DNA of 63,851 nt, filler included, from Dimargaris cristalligena (GCA_003614675.1; 12 parts of 12 records of this genome joined end to end with filler, not necessarily neighbours in it); one strand, 5' to 3'; shown: positions 1 to 13,420, numbered from the whole stretch's first letter. The notes: a model not told the origin generated them from the letters alone. Translations and numbers: made by a program.

Positions 1-339
1 GCTTTAAAATCATCATTGACTTTGACGACCTATAACTTCATCAATAATAGACGGAAAGGCAAATAGAAGTATGATTTGGAAAGCTGAAGGAAAAGAGAAT
101 CAGCTAGCATAAAGAAATACAATATTATTAACGACCCCGGACCGTTCCCATGGAAATAACTCGTCAATCATCCGGGGGCCTTGAATTCACCCAAAGTATG
201 ACTACTTTGTGGATTAGCAATATGTGTTGGAGCTTACGTGGCCCCTGGCCAGCTGCCCACGGCAGCACACATGTATACCGGTAGCCTGGTTAGACTTCCA
301 TTTATTGTTTGTTTTCCTGCTCCTTACCAATATGGCCAG

Positions 340-857
340 CCGGTGTGACTGGGAAAGTAACTAGATCTCTCGAGATGTGCGACGAGCAAAATTGGTCAAA
401 CGAACCTCCAGGAATTCTCTGTGAATTGGCCTTCTTTGAAATCGACGTCGACGACATTCACACCCAGTGGATGGAAGATGACCGTAAACGTCAATGGGTA
501 AGTCCTACTTCTTCAAAATGCTAGGCAAATTTCCAGCCATTCCACGGTGACTTTATGCGTACTAAGGGGATGATTGGTTCCGGCTCGCGTATTCGTATCT
601 GTTGGTAGCTAAACGTACCGGTTCAACTCTAAGTTGGCCTTTTTAAATCCATATTCTATAGCTGACACCAGCATACTGGTATTTAATATGGACACACTTT
701 GAACTTGATACTGTGTCTTTAAAATAATTGCACCATATAGAATTTTTTGCCAATGTGCGAACTCCTAAAGGTAACCTACGATGAGGCCCTAGAGCTTGTC
801 GCCAATAAGATTATGCGTGAAGCTGTTCGCAACTGCTCATTAAAACCCACTCCCTGA
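340..857 (+). CDS. Nudix hydrolase, Ddp1/Aps1/DIPP-like (diphosphoinositol polyphosphate phosphohydrolase), 3' exons only: join(340..497,771..857)
   Basis: AG at 338-339, GTAAGT at 498, AG at 769-770. Spliced product (A)GVTGKVTRSL...FFEIDVDDIHTQWMEDDRKRQW|VTYDEALELVANKIMREAVRNCSLKPTP* matches the end of the Nudix box and the C-terminus of the DIPP family. Upstream exons not seen. Confidence 0.7.
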
Positions 858-1527
858 GAGTTCGTTAGGCGTAACTTCGTTTTATCCCGGCAGGGTTGGT
901 CTTGGTCAGTAACGCAATTTCGGCGAACTACTCCGTTGTCGGGCCAGTTCGTAGCGGGCCCTTTCCTATAACTCAGAAGGAACTACTCGTGATTCTCTCC
1001 GGGTTAAATTGGGATTGGAAGATTTCTAGTCTATTAATAAAATCATTACTCTGGTCTTTGATAAATCATTGAAGTTGACTCCCATAATAACGCCACTATG
1101 ACGAGTTGATGATGCCTTAAATAGAATGCCCTGGTTAAATATTAGAAAGAAGCCCCAGTCTGAGTTTGTCGGGCTACAAGTCTATCAGGTGGTGTCCAAA
1201 TAGGCATTCTAGCTGTCGTTGGAACTCATTATAGACGCTGGGTAGGGCCGCATGAGAAAAATGAATTACAATTGCGGAGGTGTTTGGAAATACTGGCGAC
1301 AATGGAAATGATATATTTAAAAATAATATTAATGTCGAAATGAGCTTCAATGAGTAGATAGTTGTTGGTTTTCATTCGCAGGATTCCAACGTATTTTATA
1401 TGGGAATTAGGGCACCATAGAAGTGTCAATTGCATTGCAAGAGTATATACTAAAATAATGAAAGGCAAGCAATAATAAAAGGTTCTATTGGTAATTCATC
1501 AACATATAAAAAAATTGCAATGTTATT

Positions 1528-2110
1528 TGTCACCCAGGTTAACCACTCTTAGTCCATCAAGAGTCCTGAGGATAGGCTTCTAATAGTAGGTGGGGCTTAG
1601 GCTTGGCCAAGCAGGCTACTAGCATCAGGTATGGGGTACAGTACTAACTAATAAAGGTTTAGGTAATTGGTTATGCAAGGGATGTGTAGTAGGTACACTT
1701 ACTAGTTAGTATAAGGGAGTAAGTGTATATAGAGTTTATTAGGGTAAACTGGGGGGTAAGGATAAGCTAAGGAATCTAACCAGTCCCAATGGGGGCCAAT
1801 TATATATATGCAGGGGACAACTCCAAAGGGAGGTCCTAAGGGAAATACTACTATGGCTAAGGTATGGATAGGTAAAGAATATGACCAGGCTTCACATCGG
1901 GAAAACTCTCATGGGAACTGGAAGAGTCTTGGATCAGCATATTGAGTGTTTGGGGTGCAAAGTATTGGGGTTGGAATGAGCAGGGTTATATAATAAATGA
2001 TGACCCCATAGTACCAGGGGTGACTATGGGAGGGTTAATATGGCACTATAAGGCCTAATACAGATGGGCAATTATTAGGTCTGGATTAAGTCGGATTAGG
2101 AGGGCCAACA
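1528..2110 (-). mobile_element. LTR family A, full-length copy
   Basis: TGTCACCC...GGCCAACA termini; close similarity to the other family-A copies. TATA and AATAAA read on the minus strand. No target-site duplication (TSD). Confidence 0.9.
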
Positions 2111-3949
2111 CCCTCATATGTCTTTTTAAAAGGTCAAGGTCAAGGGGCCTCCCACAGCCGGAATTATTAAAAAACCAACATGTGTGGACTACTAGGGGAT
2201 TGTATTGCCTTACTAACACATACACCATGATGGTTATCACTATTCTAAGTCATATTAGACTGTCAGTTTGTATAATATTGGATGTTTACCATTCAAACTA
2301 TCTAATTACCTATAAAATTTCCACTGTATATCCCAAACTAAGCCATACATTGTTTTACTTGTGTCTTTAGATAAAATCCGCCTCATCTTGGTATTTGTGC
2401 ATTACTTAGAAGCTATTATAAAACTACTTTCGTGTTGGTGGGTTTGTAACCCAAGGAAAAAAGTATTATCGACTAACTTCGAAATCCACTGCCCAATATC
2501 TTCAAACCAAACGCACTTGTATACATAACAATTTACTATGTGCACCTACGCTTGATACCTTGCTAGTGTTAATCTGGTATTCTCGGCTTCGCCAGGTTTG
2601 CTGTTCTCCCAGCCAATATTACTAAAAAACTGGATGCTATTGAGCAGATCCGCAATCAATTGGATTGATACTACTCCATTCTAGTTGGTAAAAATGTCCT
2701 GGTTGGTGTAGCTAAGAAAGTGCACTTCGATATGTAAAAGACCATTCAAAAAAGCTGCAAAGGCCTCCGCAGGCATGACTGAGGTTGCTCGGAAGAGGTC
2801 CAGTCCCGTAATATACCGAAAGTCAGTTGTATACGGCAGATTTCATTCGTCAGAAATTGTATTCTCATCTGGCTACCCATTATTGATTTATTTCAAAAGA
2901 CGATACAGTTGGGGTGAATTTCGCCCACGCCTCGTATGATTATTTACAGGACTAGTGCGCCCTTGTATCCAAAATTATGGGTTTAGCTTGGTAATTCCAA
3001 AACAAATGGCACAACCAGAGAATTGGCATAGAAGTGGATAGGCATTGCCCTGTTTAGACCCATCATATATCTCATATTTTCTGTATTACCATAGTTTCCT
3101 AGTTGGCCTATTGGATTACTCGACCAATAATATAACAGTTTTGATCTTACATTCACAGTTCTTTTTTTAATCATCAATTATATACTTTATAAATCTTGAT
3201 ATATACATGCATTGCACAACCAATACGCCATGGACATGTCTGATTTGATCAATATAGACGCCTAATGGTCAGTAAATACACGTCACCCTAGACACCACGC
3301 TTCCAGGTGGCTTTACTTGCTAATTTTTCAACAATCTGATGTGTTCACATAGCGGATTGCCTACATATTTTGTCCAGGTCGTATACCCCGTTATCAATTA
3401 CGGAAGGACGAGTGTTTATTATTGAAAAAATCTGAATCCGAACGTGCCTTTTTTTAGGCTGATTAAATCCATGCATTTATCGCAGACAACAATGCCCCCT
3501 GACTGAATGCTCCATTTGAAAGTCAAAGTATTACAATTGTCTTTGTTGCCATTTGATGGCTGGTCACACCACCAATGTGTCACCATTGCATCAAATTCAG
3601 CACACCTGTTAGCATGTAGGAACTAGCCAAGGGAAGTCCAACGATGTCTGCAGTTTTAAGCGGCACATATGGAATCAATTGATACTTTCATTTTAAATTC
3701 CTTACATCATTTGCTAGATTTTTCGGCTGGTCTAGCCTTGACGACCAAGTCTAGCTTAATTTGTATATAACCCATACCACCGCCCCGTAGAAAATAGTAA
3801 GTACATAATTAACCTCATACTTACACTCCACCACTTTGAAAATCGAATGCCCCTGACTCGCTTCAGCTGAACCTTTCGGTTTAGTTCAATAATACACACT
3901 CTCTCCCTGCCGCTCACCCACCATATTTGTAGCCGTATCGCAAAGTACT

Positions 3950-4425
3950 ATGTACCTCCAGGAAGATTCCGGCACTTGGAAGCAAGCATATATTGACCGT
4001 AAGGCAGTGAACTATTATTATATTATGACTATTACCGAATCTGGCATTACATTCCAAAGACATTGTCACTTTATCCAGCCCCAATCCTCCACGGATTGTT
4101 TCACTCCCTTCTCTATTTATATGTTATACTCGACTAGGCTGGTTAAACATGGTGAGATAAATGAGAGTACTAATACCACGTGAACCATTACTATGTATTC
4201 ACGTATAAATATCTAACTGTGCATTGGTCCGTACCTTAATTTAATCCTGGATGGCTAGTCTATTTTCAATATGCATTTCGCGTAGACCCCGGGACGTGGT
4301 TCGATGGCACTGTTATCAAAATAGACAAGGAGGCCCATACACTTACCATGGAAGATCCTGAAGGAGTTGTCACTACTTTAAAACCCTTGGAGGTCATTAT
4401 TTTTGTTTCCCCGGATGAAGAATGA
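3950..4425 (+). CDS. Putative 62-aa beta-rich micro-protein, join(3950..3998,4286..4425)
   Basis: ATG 3950, donor GTAAGG 3999, acceptor TAG 4283-4285, in frame to TGA 4423-4425: MYLQEDSGTWKQAYIDHPGTWFDGTVIKIDKEAHTLTMEDPEGVVTTLKPLEVIIFVSPDEE. Confidence 0.4.
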
Positions 4426-4655
4426 AGAACCAGGGAATGCCAGAAATTACGCTGGCCTTCTCCACAATTCCTCACCCATATTAGTACCAATAACCGAAAT
4501 AGGCCTGCCTTCTCCACTGACATAACTTGTTAAATCAGGAGACGATTTTTGAATATTGAGACTCTATCTTTTTTGTAACTAGATGTATGTCCACAGTTAC
4601 TAATTTCTTACTACATACTGGCTGATCCAATAGGACTAAAATAAAATAGTTATCC

Positions 4656-5167
4656 TATCACCAGGGTTAACCACTCTTAGTCCATCAAGAGTCCCGAGGA
4701 TAGGCTTCTAATGGTAGGCAGGGCTTAGGCTTGGCCAAGTGGGCTACTAGCATCAGGTATGGGGTACATTACTAACTAATAAAGGTTTAGGTAATTGGTT
4801 ATGCAAGGGACATGCAGTAGGTACACCTACTAGTCAGTATGGGGGGGGTGAGTGTATGTAAGGTTTATTAGAGGTAAACCAGGGGGTAAGAATAAGCTGA
4901 AGAGTTGAACTGGTCCCAATGGGGCCCAGTTATATATACATGGGGATAGCTCTAGAGGGAGGTCCCAAGGGAAATGCTACTAAGACTAAGGTGTAGGTAG
5001 ATAAATAGACTAATGGGACAGCTTTGTATCTGGAAGACTATCATGGGAACCGGAAGAGACTTGGGATCAGTAGGTTGAGTATTTTGTGTGAAGCATTGGG
5101 GCTGGAAGGAAAAAGGTTATATACTAAATAATGATCCCAGAGTACTGGGGGTAACTATGAGAGGGTT
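4656..5167 (-). mobile_element. LTR family A copy interrupted by a family-B LTR
   Basis: Begins TATCACC (TG->TA mutated terminus); aligns with 1528..2110 until 5167. Confidence 0.9.
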
Positions 5168-5265
5168 TGTAAAGAACTGAAATTAAATCCTTGAAACTGA
5201 ACTTTATTTGAAAAGATAGATAATAAAAGGGAAAGGTGATAATAGACTTGCTGTTCCAAGAGGGG
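5168..5265 (-). mobile_element. LTR family B end (contig terminus)
   Basis: TGTAAAGAACTGAAATTAAATCCTTG..., near-identical to four other contig-end copies. Confidence 0.85.
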
Positions 5266-5365
5266 NNNNNNNNNNNNNNNNNNNNNNNNNNNNNNNNNNN
5301 NNNNNNNNNTTAATTAATTAANNNNNNNNNNNNNNNNNNNNNNNNNNNNNNNNNNNNNNNNNNNN
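5266..5365. other. Artificial contig spacer
   Basis: 100 bp of N with central TTAATTAATTAA (stops in all six frames). Confidence 0.99.
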
Positions 5366-7864
5366 GTGGGGGTGCGCGTAAGGTGAAGGGGAAGAAGGAT
5401 GAAGGTAGGGCTAGGTAGCCAGACGATATTTTAATGAAGGAAAACTGCACTACTAGTCAGGAGGGAGTCGCGAACAATGGCCAGTCTAAAAAAATGGCTA
5501 TGGAAGTGGAAACGCCTTTATGGAATATATATTCAAAGGGTAGCGAACCGGCTGGGTAGGAGACTATGTGCCGAGTTCCAAAGTATGTAAACCCTCAAGC
5601 GGGGTTAGTATAGAGCAAGTAGTGAAGCCGAATATTTAACCAGCAGTTATAATACCGTCGGAGAGTAGTTCAAGGTTATAAACGGATACTCCAAAGGTAC
5701 TACAACACAAGGTGCCTTCAAACCCAATTAGCAAGAGAAAAAAACGAAGACAGTAATTAGAGGTAGTTGATAATTATTCAAGATGTGATATATGGGGAAA
5801 ACTAGGACAGAGGCCAGGTCGGGGGTATTTATGGTAAGGGCGGATAGGACGCTACTACTACTACGACTACTACTACTACTAATAGATTGCTGCTCCTTAA
5901 ACAGGCCGATGCCTTAAGCTGCAACTGGTCAGCGTCAATCCCCCACCAACGGCTGATCATCACCACGGCCAAAGACCCGATGAGGATTTACTGACCTATA
6001 AGGCCTGTATATTTAGGTGCACATCACTTATATTGATCACAGTACCATTTTCAAGATTGCCGGAGGGGCCATACAATAAAGGGAGCGGTGTAGAAGGGAG
6101 GGAGAGAAGATTAGGGCGGCGGTGGTTCTTTCAATAGACCTTCTGTGCATTACAAGGTGATGTGAAAACGGGCTGGATTAATGGTGGGAATATGAACAAC
6201 TAGGGTCGCAGCCGATGGCCAGTCATTTAGTCGGGATGGCCTTGTCAAAGAAAGGGCGGAGCGTATTATAATGTCTGGATCTTCCCCCCGCCGCCTTCTT
6301 CTCCCCGTCCATTTCTATTGTTCCGTCGACTGAGTGGGGTGTTGGTCTTGGCGAATGCCGCTGGGGTAATGGGGATAGGGGGAGTCCACATGGTTGCAGA
6401 GGAGAAAAGACAGAGTGAGCCCACTAGTCTACTGCTACATGCCGGTTTGCTTACTCCGCTTTGCCTTTTCAGCCCCTTCGCAGGCGATACCCATTGTTTT
6501 CGGGGTGGCATTTGCCCGCGCCCCCTCGCTGGTAATAAATCTCAACGACCCTGGCAGTAAACCTTCCAGCCCCCTTTCTGCAGGCTGTGACGGCCAAACG
6601 AAGTCAGATGAAGTAGAGTTTTATTTAAAGTGAATCTAAGGCAGGCGACGCCAAACGAAGTCAGGCATCTCCACTTAATGTAAGCATTTTTTATATGGGA
6701 AGCAATGGACCTCCAGGAGAAGGAAAATGAAGCCTTCCGTGCCTGCCAGTCCAGTCCGCCCTGGTTGATCGACCGGTTGCATTAGCCGTCCATACACATA
6801 CACACCCTTCCATTGATTCCGCCGACGTATTGGTCGGAGAAATATTCCGATGGAATAACCTAAATATGCCAATAAACATTCCACGATTCCAGCAGGTTCG
6901 CCAGTCAAGCTTATTTTGCGTATCCACCTGACGTCGTTCGTCACAGTTGGACCCGGGCATTTATTTAACCGGCGATACCAACCAGTGTTGGCGGATACAC
7001 CGCTGCGGGTACTTACCGCTTTGTACTCCTGATGACTTATACGATTTGAATGCAGCAAGTTGTTAACCTCTGCAGCTTTTTAGGCCCGGCCCTAACACCC
7101 CGTTTATTATTAGTCTTGCCTCCCCCCCCATGTTTCCCTATTGGGCTTTACAATGGAATATTTATTCATATACTACCCTATAATCCGACAGTGGATCATT
7201 CTATCCACCTTTGTCCTCAAGTGCCGGAATCGTTATTACACCTACCATAGGTCAGCCTTGGGAGGGGGGAAAGAAGAGGGTGTCAAGCATCGCTACTAGT
7301 CCAGATGATTTAGATTTAAGTTTTTTTGTTTAATTTTACTGCTATCCTTCTTCCTATCCTGGCCAGGTCTGTAGTGCTTGCGCATATTATTATTTCCAAC
7401 CTGCGATACATTGGCTAATTATAGCTGGACTAGCCCGAGGTTGCAATTGGTGGACTGTTTGCCTTTTGACGAGTATGTGCATTACGAATTTTAGCCTGTG
7501 TAACTTGAATATGGCCGATGACGACCACCCCTGCCCTCTTTCCCCCTTTTCCGCAAAAACATCTTTCTTTTTAAAATATACAAAGAACGACTTGATGACG
7601 TTGGGGGGAGGGGGGTAAATCCAGACAGGAGACAATACCCCATATTTTAGCACTAATTGAGTAAATCAAGCTGTAATTTTATTTGCAATCATATTGCTCC
7701 AAATGGCCCGAATCTAAGTATCATTGGATTCTAAGTTTGTGGGCTGAGATGACAGGCACACCCGTGAAGATACAGCGTAAGCAAATGTAGAAAGGGGGAA
7801 TATAGGACGGAATGAGCAATTGATTTCCGAAATGGCGGGTCCTGTTATTACTATTTTTCACCCG

Positions 7865-9889
7865 CTACCGATAATAGTACGCCAGGAACTTTTGCTTTTC
7901 CTGGTAACCCTGTTTGGTGGCACGCAAACGGCCCAGATTAGCCAGGAGTTGGGTCAATTGGGAATTTAAATTGTCGACGGGCAAAGCACTTTTCGGTTGA
8001 CTGGGAAGATCCTGGTCAGCCAATTTCGGGGTTTCGGCCTGTGCCAGCTGTTTGACGTGTAGCTGATTATCGAACTGGCGGATTAGAGGCAACAGGTCCA
8101 CCGATTGGTGATGGCAAATTTGGTATTGGCGTATTAAGGGCGAGGGCGTTAATATAAATAGAAAGAATGTCGGGTAATTGGGCGTGACTATTTCCGCCGA
8201 AACTATTTCAGCCCAGTCAAATGAATTAAATGTATGGATATCTTACCTGACAACACATTTTAAAGCAGTGGGCCAATTTGTTGCCAACTGGGAACACGGG
8301 GGACGGATAAGATGTGGTGTACCTATACGAAGTGATTGAAACACAGGGACGTAGCAAGGGGCGGTATACATAGTAGGTCGCATCAGCATATTAGACTGGT
8401 CAGTGGGGCAAGTATGTCTGGATCAGAAAACCACCAAGTCAATTTTGCGCAATCTCCGCCTGAGACGACTACCCGTTACACCATTCCCTCAGTAGATACT
8501 TCGAATCCATGGGAAATATGATCCAAATAAACGACAATTCCTTGGATAATAAAAAGCACTACCATCTATATAAACAAGGTGACCCATGACTTACTTGAGA
8601 AGCAAAAGGTGGATGCGAGACTCCCGGTCCACGTCAGCCTGCACACGAAACACGTCCATAGGTTTCAGCAGGGCGCGACCATTCGACGTAGTGCCCTCAA
8701 TGAACACCACCACGGGACCCGACCGGCGGGCCCGGGCTTCCCGGGTCAAGGCGGCCAAAGAGGTGCCACTGGACGAGGCGGCGGCGGGACAGCCACCGCA
8801 CCCACGCAGGGCCTCGTACACGGAAACACGCCGGAATCGGTGTTCCACCTGGGTGGGATCACGGGATGTCGTCGTTGTCGTCGTATCCAACGGTTTCATC
8901 TGAACGAACACCGGGTTGAAACGACCGTAGAGGTAGATGATGTCTACATAGGAAGTATGGTTGGCCACGATAATATCGCCCGATTGGATGCTATCGGGTT
9001 GACGCTGACCGGAACCCGAGGCAGTAGGGTCCTGGCGCCCCTTTTTCAGGGACACGACGTTGAACGGAATGAAATGGAACCCCAGGAGGAATAGGGTCAG
9101 TCGAATGAGCCCGCCAGTCACCCAATCCTGGTATAGTCGCTTAAGGGCGTGGAAGACGAACTAAGGCCGGAATCACGAGCAACGGGTAAAATAGAGGGCA
9201 CAGATAAAACCAGGATAGTCGATTTAGTATTAAAAGTATATATACATGTGAACCGAGGATTGTCCGGACAGCTGCCGAAGTGCCCCAAAATGCAGGACCA
9301 CAGTCGAACGACAACTTCCCATAAAGCGATAACACTTACCAAATAGCTGATGTACCGCGTGCTAACGAGCAACACGAGCACGGGGATAAGGAGGACAATC
9401 CGCGCCAGGGCAATAAGCGGACCGAATAAGTAGTCCCGAACACAGGCAACCACGATTTGGCCAATGTGGCGGTCAATTTTTACGGGCTATCCAAGGCAAG
9501 GGGTTCGGTTTTAAGAATAAGACGTCGGATCAAGAAAGTTGATCAGTCATTAGGGTTTAAATTATGATGGCCGGGCAACCTGGATAAAATAGGATGGATA
9601 ATCTAGAATCAGCGAAAAGATTAGATGGCTCGGCATCATTAAAGCACTTACCGCGGGCGGAAGAAAGGGTTGGATGCCCGTTCCGGGGTCCTAAGCAGAT
9701 TGGATCCAAAGGCACATAGTCGTTAGTTATACTTTGCATTAATAAAGAGGCCATTTAATGGCAGGATAATATGCACTAGGGCAGGGACAAGGGGGTGGGG
9801 CGGGGTACTCCCTCCACTGAATGGACAATTCAGTTCGGGTCGAATCCTTAATAAGCATAACTTACTCGCCAATTGGAGTACTTTTCCAT
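7865..9889 (-). CDS. LOA1: Lysophosphatidic acid acyltransferase, Loa1/Vps66-like (PlsC family); exons 9889..9866, 9690..9652, 9486..9340, 9160..8595, 8322..8247, 8074..7865
   Basis: Spliced N-terminus MEKYSNWR|DPGTGIQPFLPP resembles yeast Loa1/Vps66 (MEKYTNWRDNGTGIAPF). Motifs NHTSYVD (HX4D) and FIEGTTSNG present. All five introns are GT-AG and keep the frame. Confidence 0.88.
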
Positions 9890-10626
9890 GGTGTCGTTTG
9901 GGGATTGAGGGGGAGAACAGCAGAAATAACGAAAATAAAACAGTGAATTGGCTGACTGATGGGCTTCTTTTCGGATTAGTGAATTCTGGAACGGGTGGAT
10001 CCAGCAACAACCGAGACGAATAAGCAGAACTGAAACTAAACTATGAACAAGATAAGAATAATACACGACAATTAGACTGAACACCGTTAAGAGATGAGCT
10101 TCCCCGGAATTGGGGTGGTTGGGAATATACTTTCATGCGCTCAGTTGTAGCTTGGGCAAGGGAAGGGCGCACAATGGCTAGAGTGACTGAGGGGACTCCT
10201 CCTATGCACTAACCCCAACCAAACGCCAGGGCATTCTAAACAACCGAATGGACAAAGTGTGAGGAAGGTTTGGGTTACCAAAACCGGCCCGAGAAAGAAT
10301 ACATAAAAGTCTAATGCTTAGTGGGTCCTAGTATTTATGTAACGCCGAGACCCGGTGGACCGGTTAGGTCGGGGATTACGTCATGGGGGGAAAAAGCCGG
10401 GAAAATCGGCGGGAGGTTCGAACTACTATCAGGGATCTCGTTGTTGGCAGATTGTAGTGGAGCCAACGGTGGGGTTGTAGAAGCGCTTTGCGGTGAGAAA
10501 GACATTGTGGTTTTTTACAAATTTATTTACTAAAAAGAAATAGAGCAATATGAAAATAATAGACTAAGTGAAATATAAGAGAATTGAAAATAATGTGTGA
10601 GGAAAATCGGCTAATTCGGGGTTTAT

Positions 10627-10726
10627 NNNNNNNNNNNNNNNNNNNNNNNNNNNNNNNNNNNNNNNNNNNNTTAATTAATTAANNNNNNNNNNNNNNNNNN
10701 NNNNNNNNNNNNNNNNNNNNNNNNNN
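10627..10726. other. Artificial contig spacer
   Basis: N-TTAATTAATTAA-N, 100 bp. Confidence 0.99.
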
Positions 10727-10727
10727 T

Positions 10728-11027
10728 GCCGATCCACCAAACTACGAAATGATGATTAAGAATAACAACCGCGTAGTGTTTATATGGACCCATATGGAAC
10801 CCACGAGCCTGTTGGCCGCTTTAAAACTGGGTTATACGCCGGTCGTGGTATATTTCAAAGATGATGTACGGGGCTTTGTGGAAGAATTGGACAGATTAGT
10901 TCTTTTCGACTGTCACGGACAAGAAACGTCTTATATCGCCTGGGACAAAGAGAGCATGACAAAATTTTATGAAGACTTTACTGCGGCCATGAAGGAAGTA
11001 ATTGCTTTATACACGCCGTGTCCTTGA
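10728..11027 (+). CDS. Hypothetical protein, C-terminal fragment cut by contig start
   Basis: Frame open from the contig edge to TGA 11025-11027; protein-like alpha/beta composition; no family recognised. Confidence 0.45.
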   Translation, partial: ADPPNYEMMIKNNNRVVFIWTHMEPTSLLAALKLGYTPVVVYFKDDVRGFVEELDRLVLFDCHGQETSYIAWDKESMTKFYEDFTAAMKEVIALYTPCP

Positions 11028-12085
11028 TGACCAATCGTTTTGTAACCATGATTTAAACCTGATCCACCATCGGATTCATCACTAGGAATTATTACAGTTG
11101 TCCGTATCACTGCTTAACACTACCGTCCGGTATGCCATGGTTGAATGCTAATAGTTGATACCAAATCCCGCTTATGGCCTTTTCATTGGATATATTTTTA
11201 GCTTTTTAATCATGCCAACGTCTAAAGCGACGAATTTCATTTATTGCATTGCTGCGATTAATAACTAGCAAACCAATTAGTGTTGATGCATTGTCAACGA
11301 AATCATCCATCATAGCTTCCTCACAACTCCTTTGTATCTATTCTTGTAGCGTAGCTGACATTGCCATAGTATTCGAATTTGCATAAAGAATCGTTGTAAT
11401 TCCGTAAAGGAAATCAAGAAGTAGTTTACCGATTTTTGAAGTTCACATTTTTTATTCGATACTGTTATTCATTGTCAATAAACCCCATGTTGCTTTCACT
11501 AGAATTTTTGTTAAACCCTCCGGTAATGACATTCCCCTGTTCCGTACGGTTTTACCTAGTGACCATCATGAGTTCCAGCGGCCCTGAAACCTAACAGTAT
11601 TTGTCCAGAAGCATCCTTAGACCCGTCTAGTATTATGCTGGTGGTTTGAGGCGTCTCCATTTCGGGGTTAGGACTTGAGTTGGGTTCTTGGCCTTCTCCC
11701 TAAACGGCAGAGTCACCGGACGTCAGATTCGAGGGGCTGATGCCTACGTGGAACATTGAGAATTCGGGAAACAGTCCCACTGCTAGTCGGAATTAGTCGG
11801 AACTATTATTGGAGCTGGTACTGGGATTTGGTGGAAACGGATCCAGAGTAATGGGTCCTATACTCCCGTCGTCAGAGTTAGGTGCTGGAGGAGCCACAGT
11901 GGCTACGATCTGTAAACCAAAAATTAAAAAATAAAATACAATAAATGATAAATTTAAGCTTCCATATGAAATTTCTGGTAATGCTGGGGTAAATGCTGGA
12001 TGAAGTTCAAAAACAGACATTTATTTGAAATGTACCTCGAAGATACTTTACCATTTTAAGGGCCAACTAAAATGCCATATATATA

Positions 12086-12627
12086 TGTCGCCTGAATTAA
12101 CCACTCTTAGTCCATCAAGAGTCTCGAGGATAGGCTTCTAATGGTAGGTGGGGCATTGGGCATTGCCAAGTGGGCTACTAGCATTAGGTGGGGGTTGTAC
12201 TAACTAAATAAAGCAAGTGTAGGTTATGTACGTAGGGGGGGGTGGTTACTGATGCACACTTACTAGTCAGTATGAGGGGGTGAGTATATATAGGAGTTTA
12301 TTGAGTAAACGGGGGGGGGGGGTAAGAATAAGCTAAAGAATCTAACTGGTCCCAATGCGACCCAGTTGTATATACATGGGGGAACTACATAACTAAGATA
12401 TCAATAAGGGAGACTGGGTGGTCCTCACGTTAGAGGAGGCCTCTATGGGAACTGGAAGATACTAGGATCATTGGGGAGTGAGTGGTGTGAACCCTGAGAG
12501 GTCTGGCCAATAAAGTGATCCATGATGTTTGGTGCCTGGGTAGGACCGGGGTGTCCAATATTGTGTTATAAGGCCTGATATGGTAGTGATTGCTAGGACG
12601 GATTAGGCTAGATTAGAAGGGGCAATA
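12086..12627 (-). mobile_element. Solo LTR, family A (divergent subfamily)
   Basis: TGTCGCC...GGCAATA termini; flanked by ATATA on both sides (12081-12085, 12628-12632; low-complexity TSD). Confidence 0.85.
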
Positions 12628-12872
12628 ATATATATATGAAATTTTATTACATGTTAAGCTTATACTACAACTTTTGGACTTTGTCCTCAGATGGACTGGT
12701 AACTATAAAACTATGAAGGGGAAACCTCATCAGGTCTTTAAATTTGAACATTGTGCAGAATGACTGGAATAATGGAAAATATAAAATGGAAATCACCTTG
12801 GATCTACCAAGGTGTTCATATTAACTAGATGAAATGAGTTTTGAGTGGAGGACTTTAATACTACATATCCTC

Positions 12873-13420
12873 TGTTGGCCCTCCTAATCCCGCCTAAATC
12901 TGGGAGTACTAATTGTCCCATCCTATCTTGCCTTATAGTGCCATATTACCCCTCTTCTCTCTTATAACCTCCTAGGACTGGTCCCCAATGCTTCACATGC
13001 AACACTCTGCCGGCTGATCCAATGACCCCCCAGTTCCCATGAGAGTCCTCTAGAAGCAAGGCCACCTGGTCAGACTTCCCCCTTATTATAACTAGTCTTT
13101 ATTGTATTCTCCTTAGGATCTCTTATTATGAGCAGTCCCTGTATATAAATAGCTGGCCCTCTGGGACTAGTTAGTGCTTCAGCTTATTCATATGCCAGTA
13201 GTTTACCCCCAATAAACTCTCTATATACTTACCCATTGTATTGACCAGTAAGTGTGCTACTACACAACCCTTGTATTAAGCCCTGCACTTATCCTTTATT
13301 AGTTAGTACTGCTCCTGCCCTAATACTATCTGCCTGCTTAGCTAAGTCTAAGCCCCACCTATTATTAGAAGCCTGCCCCCAGGACTCTTAATAGACTAAG
13401 AGTAGTTAACTTGGGTAATA
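12873..13420 (+). mobile_element. Solo LTR, family A, with 5-bp TSD
   Basis: TGTTGGCC...GGGTAATA termini; TCCTC at 12868-12872 and 13421-13425; TATATAAAT (~13142) followed by AATAAA (13211) defines the sense orientation. Confidence 0.92.

Noticed and set aside
5852-5881. Short microsatellites: (CTA)n here, (ATTATCA)n near 40243, (GTCA)n near 60120
   Set aside because: Ordinary simple repeats with no sign of function.
9830-9850. tRNA T-loop-like GGTCGAATCC
   Set aside because: No cloverleaf can be built; it lies in an intron. No tRNA or rRNA gene was recognised in the window.
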